Below are positions 1 through 11,530 of a DNA stretch of 64,000 bases, one piece after another (the first letter of the stretch is position 1; each line of letters opens with the position of its first letter). The notes beneath the pieces were generated by a model. The model had not been told where the DNA came from and ran no database searches. It saw only the letters and a program-made list of their open reading frames with translations. Position numbers and translations under genes: made by a program. Location: contig RSEE01000040.1 of NCBI GenBank assembly GCA_003971905.1, positions 310,001-374,000 on the forward strand, in the 5' to 3' direction. This DNA comes from Moniliella sp. 'wahieum' (taxonomy: Eukaryota).

Positions 1-660
1 GAAGGGTGCGATTGAGTATGCCGAGCAAGCTACTCAAACCCACTTTGAGCCGAAACCGCCAGTGCAAGAGGTGCCGCCGCCAACGTATGATGAGGCAGCG
101 CTGGAGAGGACGATCACTGAGCGTCTTCATCCTCACCATCTTCCTTCCGCTGCATTTCAGGCGGCTCATCCGGGTCTGGCCAAGTGGACCGAATATGCCG
201 AGATGAGTCACCAGCTGGGGCTGCGGTGCACGCTCCTGGAGGAGCGAATGCAAGCTTTGGTCCCACTGCCTCCACTTGGATTGCATGCAAGCTCAAAGAT
301 TTCTCTCGCCCAGCAGATCCAGGCGTGGGTGGCCCAGACACTCCGGGTTGTGGCCGACATAAGCCAAGGCCGTGCGCCAGAGCAGACGCGGCCCAAACCC
401 ATCGGTTCGTGGTGCATGTGGGATGGGCTGTGCTCATTTCAGTGTTTCTGCTGGGCATGCTTGTCGCCCATCTTGGCTTCTCCTCGGGTACAGTTCAGAT
501 TGGCCCTTTTTCTTCTTCGGCTCACGACTTTGCCGCCGCCCATGCGCTCTTTGCCCCGGCTGGTACGACCTACGTCACGTCTCACGAACTGCCCGGGCGC
601 AGCTGGCTTGGTTCTGCCGCAAGCCTCCGCAGTTATCGCGGCACCACAGTCCCTTTTTGA
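1..660 (+). CDS. Hypothetical protein, 3' part only; C-terminal transmembrane segment (tail-anchored or KASH-like topology)
   Basis: The ORF 62.. frame (EVPPPTYDEAALERTITERL...LGLRCTLLEERM) shifts near 400 into the 184..660 frame, which has a hydrophobic stretch FVVHVGWAVLISVFLLGMLVAHLGF and ends ...RGTTVPF-TGA. The 5' end lies outside the window. Confidence 0.45.
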
Positions 661-1404
661 TCCTGGGACCTTGGGTCCACGCAACCCCCACCTTTGTGTT
701 GTGTTGCATTCCCTTTTGTTGGTTCTCTTTTTGTTTTGTTCCTACGCCTCCCTCGTCCAGCGCTGAGCGTCGAACGCTGGTGCGTTCTAAGAGGGGGTGG
801 CTCTTTGCAGGGCCTACGCCACGTCGATACCCTTGTCCCCACGCCTCTCCTATGTCCAGCCCACGACGTCTCCTTCCAAGTCCACACCACTTGGGTCCAG
901 GCTGGACCTCCTTCCTCTCTGTGTTGTCTGTCTACCCTATATGGTTATCAGTCCCAGTGGCGCTCGCTGCTCCCCTACGCCTTTCTGCGTGGAAGCTGTG
1001 CTTGGGCTGTATCTATCCGCTCTGTATACCTTTTTTCACCTTTTCGCCGTTAGGGTGTACATGTACATTCCCCACTCTTGAGATACAATAGGACAAGGAA
1101 CGAGATGACCGTTACCCCGTACCCACGCCCACGCCCACGCCCACCAAAAGAGCTGGCCACCATCACACCTCTCATTGCCGGAGAACGCCCCACTTCGCCA
1201 TGCAGCGTGCGCTAGTGCTACGAGCTACCGCGACAGGCAGGTGCGAGTCGCGTGATGATAGAAACCAATTCAAAGGCACAGGGAAGCGTTGCTATAATGG
1301 GGGCGATACCGGCAGGGAGGTGTGGATGAAAAACAGAAACATAAGCAAGCCCGCAAGGAGGCCAACAGAGATGAGGATGTTGAGGGGAAGAAAAAGATAC
1401 AAGG

Positions 1405-2802
<1,398 letters not shown>

Positions 2803-3286
2803 TCAGACTAGTCATACTAGTCATAGCCAACCCTCTCCACAGAAGAAGCTTCCAGTTCCCGGAGGTGGCTCTGCCCGGAGAACTACTATATTTGTGTCGA
2901 GCGAGGGAGGACGACACGGACTTCCGACATGAAAAGGAGACAGGAAGGGCTGAGGCGAGGGAGACACGACGAGTCGAGACTAGGCCAAGGGAGGTAGCAA
3001 TCGTTAGTGGGGAGGAGGCAAGAACAGAGGACATGGTGCGAAGCGGAAGAACAGGCAAGGAGCAAGATGCTCGGGACGAAGAAATTGAAAATGGGATGAT
3101 GACGGAGCGAGATCAGCCAAACTAGTAGGACATGCACTTCTGCCGGAATCCATGGCTACAAAGGATAGTTTGAGGTTTCTGTTCACCGGTTTGATGGCCT
3201 ACCATGCAACTTGCTTCTCTAATACTACTTGCTATTATACCACGGTTACCAGGAAAACCAAAACAAAACAAACAAAAGACAAAAAG

Positions 3287-3385
3287 TGTCGTGTCCCGGG
3301 ATCGAACCGGGGACCTTGAGGAATCCTTTCGGATTGGATATTGAATCGCTTCAATCTCACGCTCTCTCATCTGAGCTAACCCGAC
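3287..3385 (-). tRNA. tRNA-Phe(GAA) with an intron of about 26 nt; several non-canonical positions
   Basis: Reverse complement reads GTCGGGT TA GCTC AGATGAGA GAGC G TGAGA TT GAA G [intron] .CTCA AGGTC CCCGG TTCGATC CCGGG ACACGAC A. D and T stems pair, the B-box is intact, and a TTTTT Pol III terminator follows (3281-3285). Confidence 0.85.
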
Positions 3386-5556
3386 TGGTTGCGGAGAGCG
3401 TCTGCCTCCCACTTGCGAAACCGGCCTCTGCGTACCACTCCCACCCCTCGACTGCCCACTCGGTGGGAAAGCGCAGCCGACTCGATAGAGGATGAGGAGC
3501 CAAATGCTGGCCGGGGGCGTTTCACGCCGCGGAGCATTGTCCGTCGTTTGTTTGACAGAGGACGCGACCGGGGGGGATTGATGGGCGAGCGTCGCTTAGC
3601 CGGGGTGGGAACGTAGGTGTCGATGGGGTGAGCATGTCCCCAGCACGACGGGTCGTCGGCCCATCCTGGGGGCAAAGCCAAGAGCAGTTGATGAGGCGAA
3701 AGCTAGGGCGACGAAAGGGGTCAGTACAGTGCTACCAAACCACAGAACACTATGGGATGCGAGCAGGAAGGACAAAGGGTGGAAAGGCGAGACGGAAAGG
3801 TGCATGCAACCAAGAACAGGAATCAGGATAAATATTAAGTGAGATGGGTTTGTGAAGGAGCACTTACCGTGTCAGGTGCACGAAACACACCGAAGACATA
3901 GTTGCCGGTCCTCGGGCTCCTCAAGATCGTCTTTGAAAAAAGACTCGAGTTGCGATGAAATGAGTTCAGCGTCAATGGTGTTCTTCTGCCCCTTCAGTGG
4001 GGGCAGAAGCGGTCTTGCCATCGGGTATTAACGCAGGGGGCCAGCGAACGAGACTTGTGGTTCCGAATGGATTCGCTTGCCCCATCGTGCGTGGCCATCG
4101 TCCCTTTTGCGCTTGATTTCAGTGGCCTCAACCGGCTCCTTTTTGGCCTCTTGTTCCTGCTTTAGTTTCTGCTGGTGACGTTGCCGCTTCTCCAAGGCTT
4201 CCCGCGCCGCTTTGGCCTTTTGCGCTTCAAATTGAAGCCCCGCGGATATCTGAGCGGCGGGTGCAGAGCCACTGCGGTGGGCCGAAGCTTGGACCGAGCC
4301 GTTGGCCGAGCCGGTCGCGGTTGTTGGTGCGGATACCTTTGGCGTAGCAGGCCGGGGGTGGAACAACAGTCACAGCAGCATTCGGGGCAGCAGAAGGCGT
4401 TTGGTTAGGGGCGGAAGACGCTCCGTAGGGTGGGGGCGCTTTCTGGTTGGCCATAAATTGATCACCTCGGTACACGTTGGTGACGTCGTAATCCTAGGCC
4501 AGAGTCAGCTTGGTTTACTAGAGATAGGGTAGGGTGTGGGGGGTAAGGGGGGGCTAAACGGACCACTTTGACCTTGGATAGGTTGCTAGCAAAGCGGCGG
4601 TATTTCTCGTCATACAAGCAGAGGCTTTCGTAAAAAAGAGTCATGTCAGCTACCCGAAATGCAAAGCCAATGCGAGGGACGTACCCTAACCGATCCCCGA
4701 ACGCTTTGAGGCAGCGCTTGATCCCATCCGAAACAGCCGACTTCATAGCCTGGAACAAAGTCAGCATTCTTTCATGGTTACTGATCGGACACCAAGTGGC
4801 CAGCGCATGAACACACATTTTCGCGGGCTGAGTCCAAGTCGCGTTGGTTGGTGAGGGAATGGGCGCCAACGTCTTGGCGATAGGCTCCATTGCGCAGGGT
4901 TACCTTGACTCGTACCCAACAGTACACGTCATATGTGTTTTCAGAGCGCATACGAAACTCGGGGTGGATTTCGAGAATGTCGGAGGACCATTGGTCATGG
5001 CGAAACACGTCGTTGGCAAGACGGACAGCCTGGTGGGTAGCCAAGTAGGTGAGGGGGCGTCCGTCTAGCGCGACGAGTTAGCATGGGATTACCCGGCCGG
5101 CACGATAGAGAGGTATGGAGGCAGCCAGGTGTACTTACTTGGGCCCGCTCGGGTCGAGACGAGTTCGGGGCCGAGAGGCTGGTTGAGTTTACGCTGGACC
5201 TCGAGCGACTCCTGCTGGTCCCGAGCCAAGGCCCGTTCGTAGATGGCCATGGCGGAGGCCTGGGGTGTGGGACCGGGGTTGTGAGAGACAGAATGCTCGG
5301 ATGGGAAGGAGACATCATAGCTGGCGTCCGGAGAGGGAAACGCAGCGGCGGATGCGGCGCTAAGGATGCTGGCCAAAGATTGAGTGGGAGGGGCAAAGGG
5401 CCTGGGGGTGGATGGGGGCGCAGACACGGTTGGATGCGCGTCTACATGCTGGGCATGGAGGGCAGCATTTTGGGCTTGAAGTTGGCGGTTCTCCTGGCGG
5501 ATTTGCTCTATCTGCTCCATCAAGTTGGCGAGCGATGGCGGAGCCTGAGCGGCCAT
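3376..5556 (-). CDS. RAD52: Rad52/Rad22-family DNA annealing protein, divergent; at least 5 introns; 3' end uncertain
   Basis: Spliced core: RKLNQPLGPELVSTRAGPNGRPLTYLATHQAVRLANDVF..WSS..VRVKVTLRNGAYRQDVG..AMKSAVSDGIKRCLKAFGDRLGLCLYDEKY. Introns at 5065-5138, 4750-4816, 4625-4684, 4494-4563 and about 3703-3867. Low-complexity C-terminal region. Confidence 0.85.
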
Positions 5557-6215
5557 GATGGAGGCCGGAGATGGGGGACGGCGGTGATGAGGGTGAAGGT
5601 GTTTTAATGAACTTGGTTGGCCCTTGCTTGCGTTGTGTTTGTTGGCGCGTCGTTTAACGTTTGAATCTAGACAGGCTGGCAATCTGGATGCCTCTTTGGG
5701 GGGCGCGGAAGGGGCGAGGCTGGTCACGTGACCCACTCCGCCGCCCTGAGTTCGTCTGAACTGAATCCGTAACAACACTTTCAACGTTCAGTTCAATGAA
5801 CCCCGCCCCGACTTGTGTGCGCAGGACGCGCTGTGGGATGGGCGAGCGACGCGTTTGTTTCCCCACTTGGGCCCAACGCACACACCAATGGCAGTCCAAG
5901 CGCCGAGCTGAGGCTCAGCTGTGCGGACCGATCGAGGGCGCAGGCTGGCTGGATGACGTGGGTGTGGGTATCGCCACCGCGGCAAGGACAACTGCGCTAC
6001 ACGGAGAGATCAGCGCACACGCGCCCTGTCACACGTCGTATGTGCTTCGCTGGCTGTCACCGGTGTCACCCACCCTCATCGATTCACACCGGAGCGCCAG
6101 GGTTCGGGCACAGCCGCCGGGGCCAGTTGCCCTATCTCTTCCTCAGGCCTCAGCCTAAGGCCTGGGCCCTGCGGCCTGCGGCTGCGGCCGCCGGGCATGT
6201 CCCCGGCATCATGCA

Positions 6216-7764
6216 ATGGCCATATCCATCGTGTGTGCGGCTAGGAATTTGCTGCCCGCTCCTTGTCCACACCCATCACTGTCTTCCCCTGCGCCCCCGC
6301 CCTCCTCGACTCGACTCTGGCCGGGCGATCCGCGGAGCGAGACGCGGAAACAGACGCCTCCACCCGTGCTTTCCTGCCGGCTGCGTTGCGCCCAACGTCC
6401 ACTAGCGCTCACCCGAGCCCCACAACCCCTCAGCTACCCAGCGTCCCTTTTGCCTTCGGAGCTGCCCAGAGCCCAAAGACTGCGCTTCGACAGCCCTCCC
6501 CTCGCCCCTCTGCACCATCCCTGCCACGCAGACCACGCTTCCCTCCGTCTCTTCCTCCCGCATCGATAGCGATCCAAGCCACCGCACCATGCCTCCCCCA
6601 CCCCCACTGTCTCCGCTTGTTTTCCCCAGCTTGTCCAACCCGCCCACCCCTCCACTCTCCGCCTCCGCCTCCGCCTCTGCCCCCTCTTCGTCTCCGCCCG
6701 CCTCTGCCACGCACGGCTCCCCGCCCGCGCCCGTGCCGAGCATGTCCTTGTCCCCGCCCCCCCCGCTGCCCCCGGGTCCAGGTCCGCCCCCGCCTCGCCC
6801 CACCCACCTCCCGGACCCGGTCCAAGAGCTTGCCTGCGCCTCGCAGCGCGCTCACCCATTTCGTCCACGGCGAACACCCGACCAAGACGGTGCACTTTGG
6901 TACTCACCTGACCGACATCCGCGTCTTCAAACCGCACGGACGGCCCACCAGCGTCAACCCCGCCGCGGGCGCCGGAACGGACACGGAGACCGAGACGGAG
7001 GACGAAGTGCCTTCAGGCCTGGAAGGCTTGCGGGTCGGCTTGAGCTTGTCCCAGGTCCTGCGGGGCGGCACGACGGGACGCTGTGGGCGTGGGAATGGGA
7101 CGAACGTGTTGCCGGCCAGCTTGCGCGCCTTGCTGGCGCATCGGCCGGTGCGGCCGTTTACGTTGGTGCTGGCGTTGGCGGTGCCGGCGGCAGTGCGGCA
7201 GGGAGCGGTGCTGCTGGAAGGGGTGCGGCTGACGCAGGATGCACGCCACGTGGAAGGGTATGTGCGCGTGGCCAATTTGGCGTTTGCCAAGTGGGTAGCA
7301 GTGCGCTACACGTTTGATCGGTGGCAGAGTACGAATGAAGTGTCGGGGCGGTGGGTGATGTCGCTGCCGCCCTCGGGCCCGCCGTTGGTATGGCCACCGA
7401 GCGAGGCCAGCGCGATTGATACCATGCCGCCGGGTGAGTTGCGCTGGGAGGAAGGCTGGGACCGGTTCCAGTTCACCATTCGCTTGGGCGAAATGGCGTT
7501 TGTCTGGCAGCCAGGCGAGCAAAAGCAGATTGAACTCGCGGTGCACTACACCCTCCCCGACGCCGAGTATTGGACAACAATCTCGGTGCCAACTTTGTCT
7601 TTAATCTGGTCCGCCGTCCCATGCACATCGCCCTTCCCCAGAGCAGGCGCCATAACACTGCCTGCCCTTTGGCTCTGCTCTCTTGCCCCCCGCCTCACGC
7701 TCATGCCGAGCTAGGTGACGTGAGGCTCTCGTGTACTATGAATCCAGCTGTCGCGTTGGTGTAA
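6216..7764 (+). CDS. Protein phosphatase 1 glycogen-targeting regulatory subunit (CBM21; Gac1/PPP1R3-like); start approximate
   Basis: RVxF-type motif KTVHF. CBM21 motifs GYVRVANLAFAKWVAVRYTFDRW, WDRFQFTIRL and, after a frameshift, EYWDNNLGANF. Pro/Ser-rich N-terminus. Confidence 0.85.
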
Positions 7765-8144
7765 TCAAGAAGTAGTTGGCAGGGAAGACAACGGGGCAAG
7801 GTAGATCAGGGTCATGAGTGGCCAGAGTAGGGACGCCGGCGTGCCAGATTGGCGGCATGAACGGGGAAGTGGAGAGCGAGGGAACGAAGCCGAGGCAAAG
7901 GGAGAAAACGGGTCCAACGGGACGCGAGGGGTATCACGGAAGCCAAGAGAGGGTTTAGAAAGAACGTTGAGGTCCATCGCTAACAGAGGAGGAAGAGCAG
8001 CGTCTTGGATCGTGAACAAGGGGAATAACAAACAGTGCACTGGACATGCGAGGAGAAACAAACAGAGTCCATACGGCGGCGGATACAATGGGGGAGTAGA
8101 GGGAAGTGAGAGGTAGGGGGGGGAGGAAGAGAGAGAGAGATGGG

Positions 8145-10408
8145 TTAGAGTGCTGCGTCCAATACTGCCCGCACGTCCGAAACGGGGACCAGGTCCATCA
8201 GGAAGGGGCACATGTCGAGCAACTCCGTGTCATGTGGATCAGTAAACCATGAAGACACGGGGACGGCGTTGTTAGGATGGAAAATGTAGCTAGCCGGCGA
8301 GTTGTCCAACAGGATCGATTCCGCCACGGGCCGGCCGAGCTGGGAAAGGTCCTTGACATACGTCCCGCGGTGTTGGTAGCAGTGTTCTCGGAACAGGCGG
8401 TGGGAGACCACGTGGTGTATGTCGAGCAAGTCCAGGACCGGGTCCGCGTACTGCAGTTTCAGTTAGTTAGCCTGTTCTGTCTCACAGGGAAGGGTGAGGG
8501 AGGGAGGGGGGGTGGAGACGTACCTTGCTCAGTGAGGCAGTAAACACAACAATCTCAAACACCTCGCCCATCCGGCGCAGAAACTCGTCCACACCCGGGC
8601 GTTTGGCAACATACACCTCATGTACCACCTCCTCAATCTCCACAGGAACAATAAAGTCGGCATTGGGGATGGTCTTGAAAGAAGAGTGGACCAGGGTCTC
8701 GTCCAAGTCCAGCACCAAGCATTTTTGTGTCCCACTGCCTGGGGTAAGAGGGATGGGGATTGCCTGCTTCGTCATGAGGGATACCAGCTCCCCCTTGGGA
8801 GATCAAGCGCTGCTCTTCCTCCATCTCCCATTGAATCCACTGCTGATCCAACTCGTCCTGGCTCAGTTCGCCGACCTGCACCACTTCTTCCTCTCCATTC
8901 TCGACTGCATCTTCCTGACCTGACCCTTCCGCCCCAGAGGGCATGTCAGGCACAAGCTCTTCCTGGTGCAACTCGTGCTGCTGGGGCTGTAGGACCGTAG
9001 GATCCAGCAGGACCCGGTCGGAGGACTGGGAAACTCGCGGGAAAGTTTGCGGGTGTTGTTCGAGTGTCGGGTAGGCGGGTTGGTGGGCGGGCCAAACGTC
9101 GCGCCGGGCGGCACCACCGCCCCTGCCAACACATCCTCCGTCTCTTCCCGCGGCAAAATTTTACCGCCCAACATGGTGTAGACCGCTGTTGCGCGTGGTT
9201 TGGGTCCGTCGCGAGTCGGTCGAGGGACGAGGACGCGTTCCGGGAGGCAAATGCAGGCCCGACGGCGTGGGGGGGGTGGAGACTTGGCCGGTGGTCGGAG
9301 TTGGCGGAACAGGCGTGCTGGTCCGGATTGGGCCGGAGGATAGGCGGGAAGGCAGGGTGCGGGCGGCCTGGGCAACGACCGTGTCAATAGGGGCAGGCCG
9401 CGGAGTAGCATTGGAGGCCGTGCTGGCGCAGCTGGGTGGTCGGAGGAGATCATGGTGGCTCGACGTGGCCTCTGAGCTGGGAGGATTGGGGGCGGGCACC
9501 GTGGGCGCAGACAGGGTGCAGTGCCCGAGACCGGAGCTGATGCAGAGGCAGGAGCAAAGGCAGATCCAGACCCAGACGCGGCTCCTAATGCTGGCGCCGG
9601 GGACACAGTAGATGCAGCTGCAGGCGAGGGAGTAGCTACCTCCCGCTTGGTGCTCTTGCCCGCCGTCGAGGAGATCGTTCCATCCATACCATTAGTGGAG
9701 ACACTAGCCATCTCGCCCTCAGCGTCGGGCGGACGTGGCTGGGCAGGAGCGACAATGCTTGGTGGGGAGGGGGGAGGGGATGGGGGTGGTCGTGGGCCAT
9801 GGTGGCAGTGCTGCTGTTGGAGGCACAGGTCAAAATCTGGACAAAGCGTTGGAGCATGCCGGGCTTGTTGCGCTTGCGCTCGGGTGGCCTGGGCGAGCTC
9901 TGGGGCTTGCTGATCGCGGACGAAGGCTTGGGGACCAATAGCCCAGTGGTGGGGTCGTGCAAGGGGGGGCTTTCGCCATTCAGCGGCGGTGCCTGCGTCT
10001 GCGTCTGCGCCTGCCCCTGGGCGTAGGGCTGAGACGGAGGCGCCGAAGGGAGCGCTGGGAAGACACTGGCTCAGGCGGAGAGGGCGCGGCAAGGGGAGGC
10101 GCAAGCGCAGACTTACTCACGACAGGGATGGGGACGGGGACGGACGGCGCAGCGGCGGATGGCGGCGGCGGGAGCGGGAGCGGCGGCAGATGGGAGGGGA
10201 CAGGGAGGTGCAGGGCGAGGCGGGCATGGCGCTGTGCTGCGCAGATGCGCTCTGGCCGCGTGGGCCGCCGCCTCGAGCGCATCCACGTCCACGCATCGCT
10301 GCCGGGGGGGGCACGCAGCGGGCGGAGGCCAGGAGGGGGAGCGGGATGCGCAGACGCGGCCAGCAGCTGGCCAGGCGTGACTTGGGTGATCAGCTGGGCC
10401 GCACTCAT
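8145..10408 (-). CDS. PSR1: Psr1-like NIF/SCP (FCP1-homology, HAD) protein phosphatase
   Basis: [73 protein letters not shown]. Intron about 8451-8523. Long low-complexity N-terminus starting [10 protein letters not shown], with frameshifts. Confidence 0.9.
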
Positions 10409-10823
10409 TTGGCACCACACGCGGTTGGCTGCGGAGCACCTCGAAGAGCGTGGCTGCTGTGTGGACGGATGCTGCGGCGGTGGGCGGCGCGGCGTCTCGG
10501 GTGGGCGCTGCTGGTGCCGCCCCGCCGCCGATCCACCGCCCCTCGCCCGCCACTCCACCACTCATCCACGCCCCCGGCCGCCATCGCCCGCGTGCCCCAC
10601 CCCGCTTATGTCAGCGGCGAGAGGGCGCGTACCGCAACGCAGGCGGTAGCGCCCATTGCGTTGCGGTACGCGCCCCCGCACCTCCTCCATCCTCACCGGC
10701 CCCGTCACCGCATCCATCCTTCCGCTCCGTTCCGCCGCCGCCACCGCCGACCGCCGCCACCGCCGCCCTCCTCCGCGCCTGGGCCGTGTGCGGGCGCAGT
10801 GAGTTGCCCCTGCTCCACCCGCC

Positions 10824-11355
10824 ATGCTTGTCCCCCCACCCAACTTTGGCATGGTGGAGGAGAACCTGTACCGCAGTGGCCATCCCGAGGCCCTCAGTTT
10901 CCCCTTCCTCCAGAATCTCATGCTCACCAGCGTCATCTTCCTCTCCCCCGACGAGCCCGACCCGGCCTTGCTCGATTTTGCGCCACCAACCGCATCACCT
11001 TCCACCACCTCGGTGTGCTCTACCACACCAACGCCTGGGACCCGTGACAGAGGAGATGGTCCTGCAGGCGCTCGCCCTCCTCGTCGTCCCTTCGTCGTAC
11101 CCAGTGCTTGTCATGTGCAACCTGGGCCGACACCGCACGGGCACCGTCATTGGCTGCCTACGCAAGCTGCAACGGTGGAACCTGTCCGCCATCCTGGAAG
11201 AGTATCGGCGGTATGCTGGACCCAAAGTCCGCGTCATGAACGAACAGGTGCGTCCGCCCCCGATCCGCCTCCCTTCCGCGCTGCCAGCAACGGTCCTGAC
11301 CCGGCCCCAGTTCATCGAGCTCTTTGACGATGAGTTGGTCTTTGGTGCAAACTAA
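10824..11355 (+). CDS. OCA1: Oca1-like PFA-DSP (Siw14 family) phosphatase
   Basis: MLVPPPNFGMVEENLYRSGHP and the catalytic loop MCNLGRHRTGTVIGCLRKLQRWNLSAILEEYRRYAG. Intron about 11248-11310 precedes FIELFD. Confidence 0.9.
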
Positions 11356-11530
11356 GGCTCACCTGTCCCCATCCTTTTGTATTTGTACGAGGGCATATGC
11401 GCATACGTTGTCGCGCAACTAATATTTGATGGTCACTACAGCATCTCTACTCCCACCTCACCCTACCTGCACCCCGTATACACTCTCAGTCGCAGTTGGT
11501 GGCCCAACAAATGCATGCATCTCAATACGC

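Noticed and set aside
8863..11047. Numerous long overlapping Pro/Arg/Gly-rich ORFs on both strands (also 33000-34200, 44000-45200 and 59300-60400)
   Set aside because: These are shadow ORFs expected from very high GC and low stop-codon density; real genes on another frame or GC-rich promoters explain the regions.
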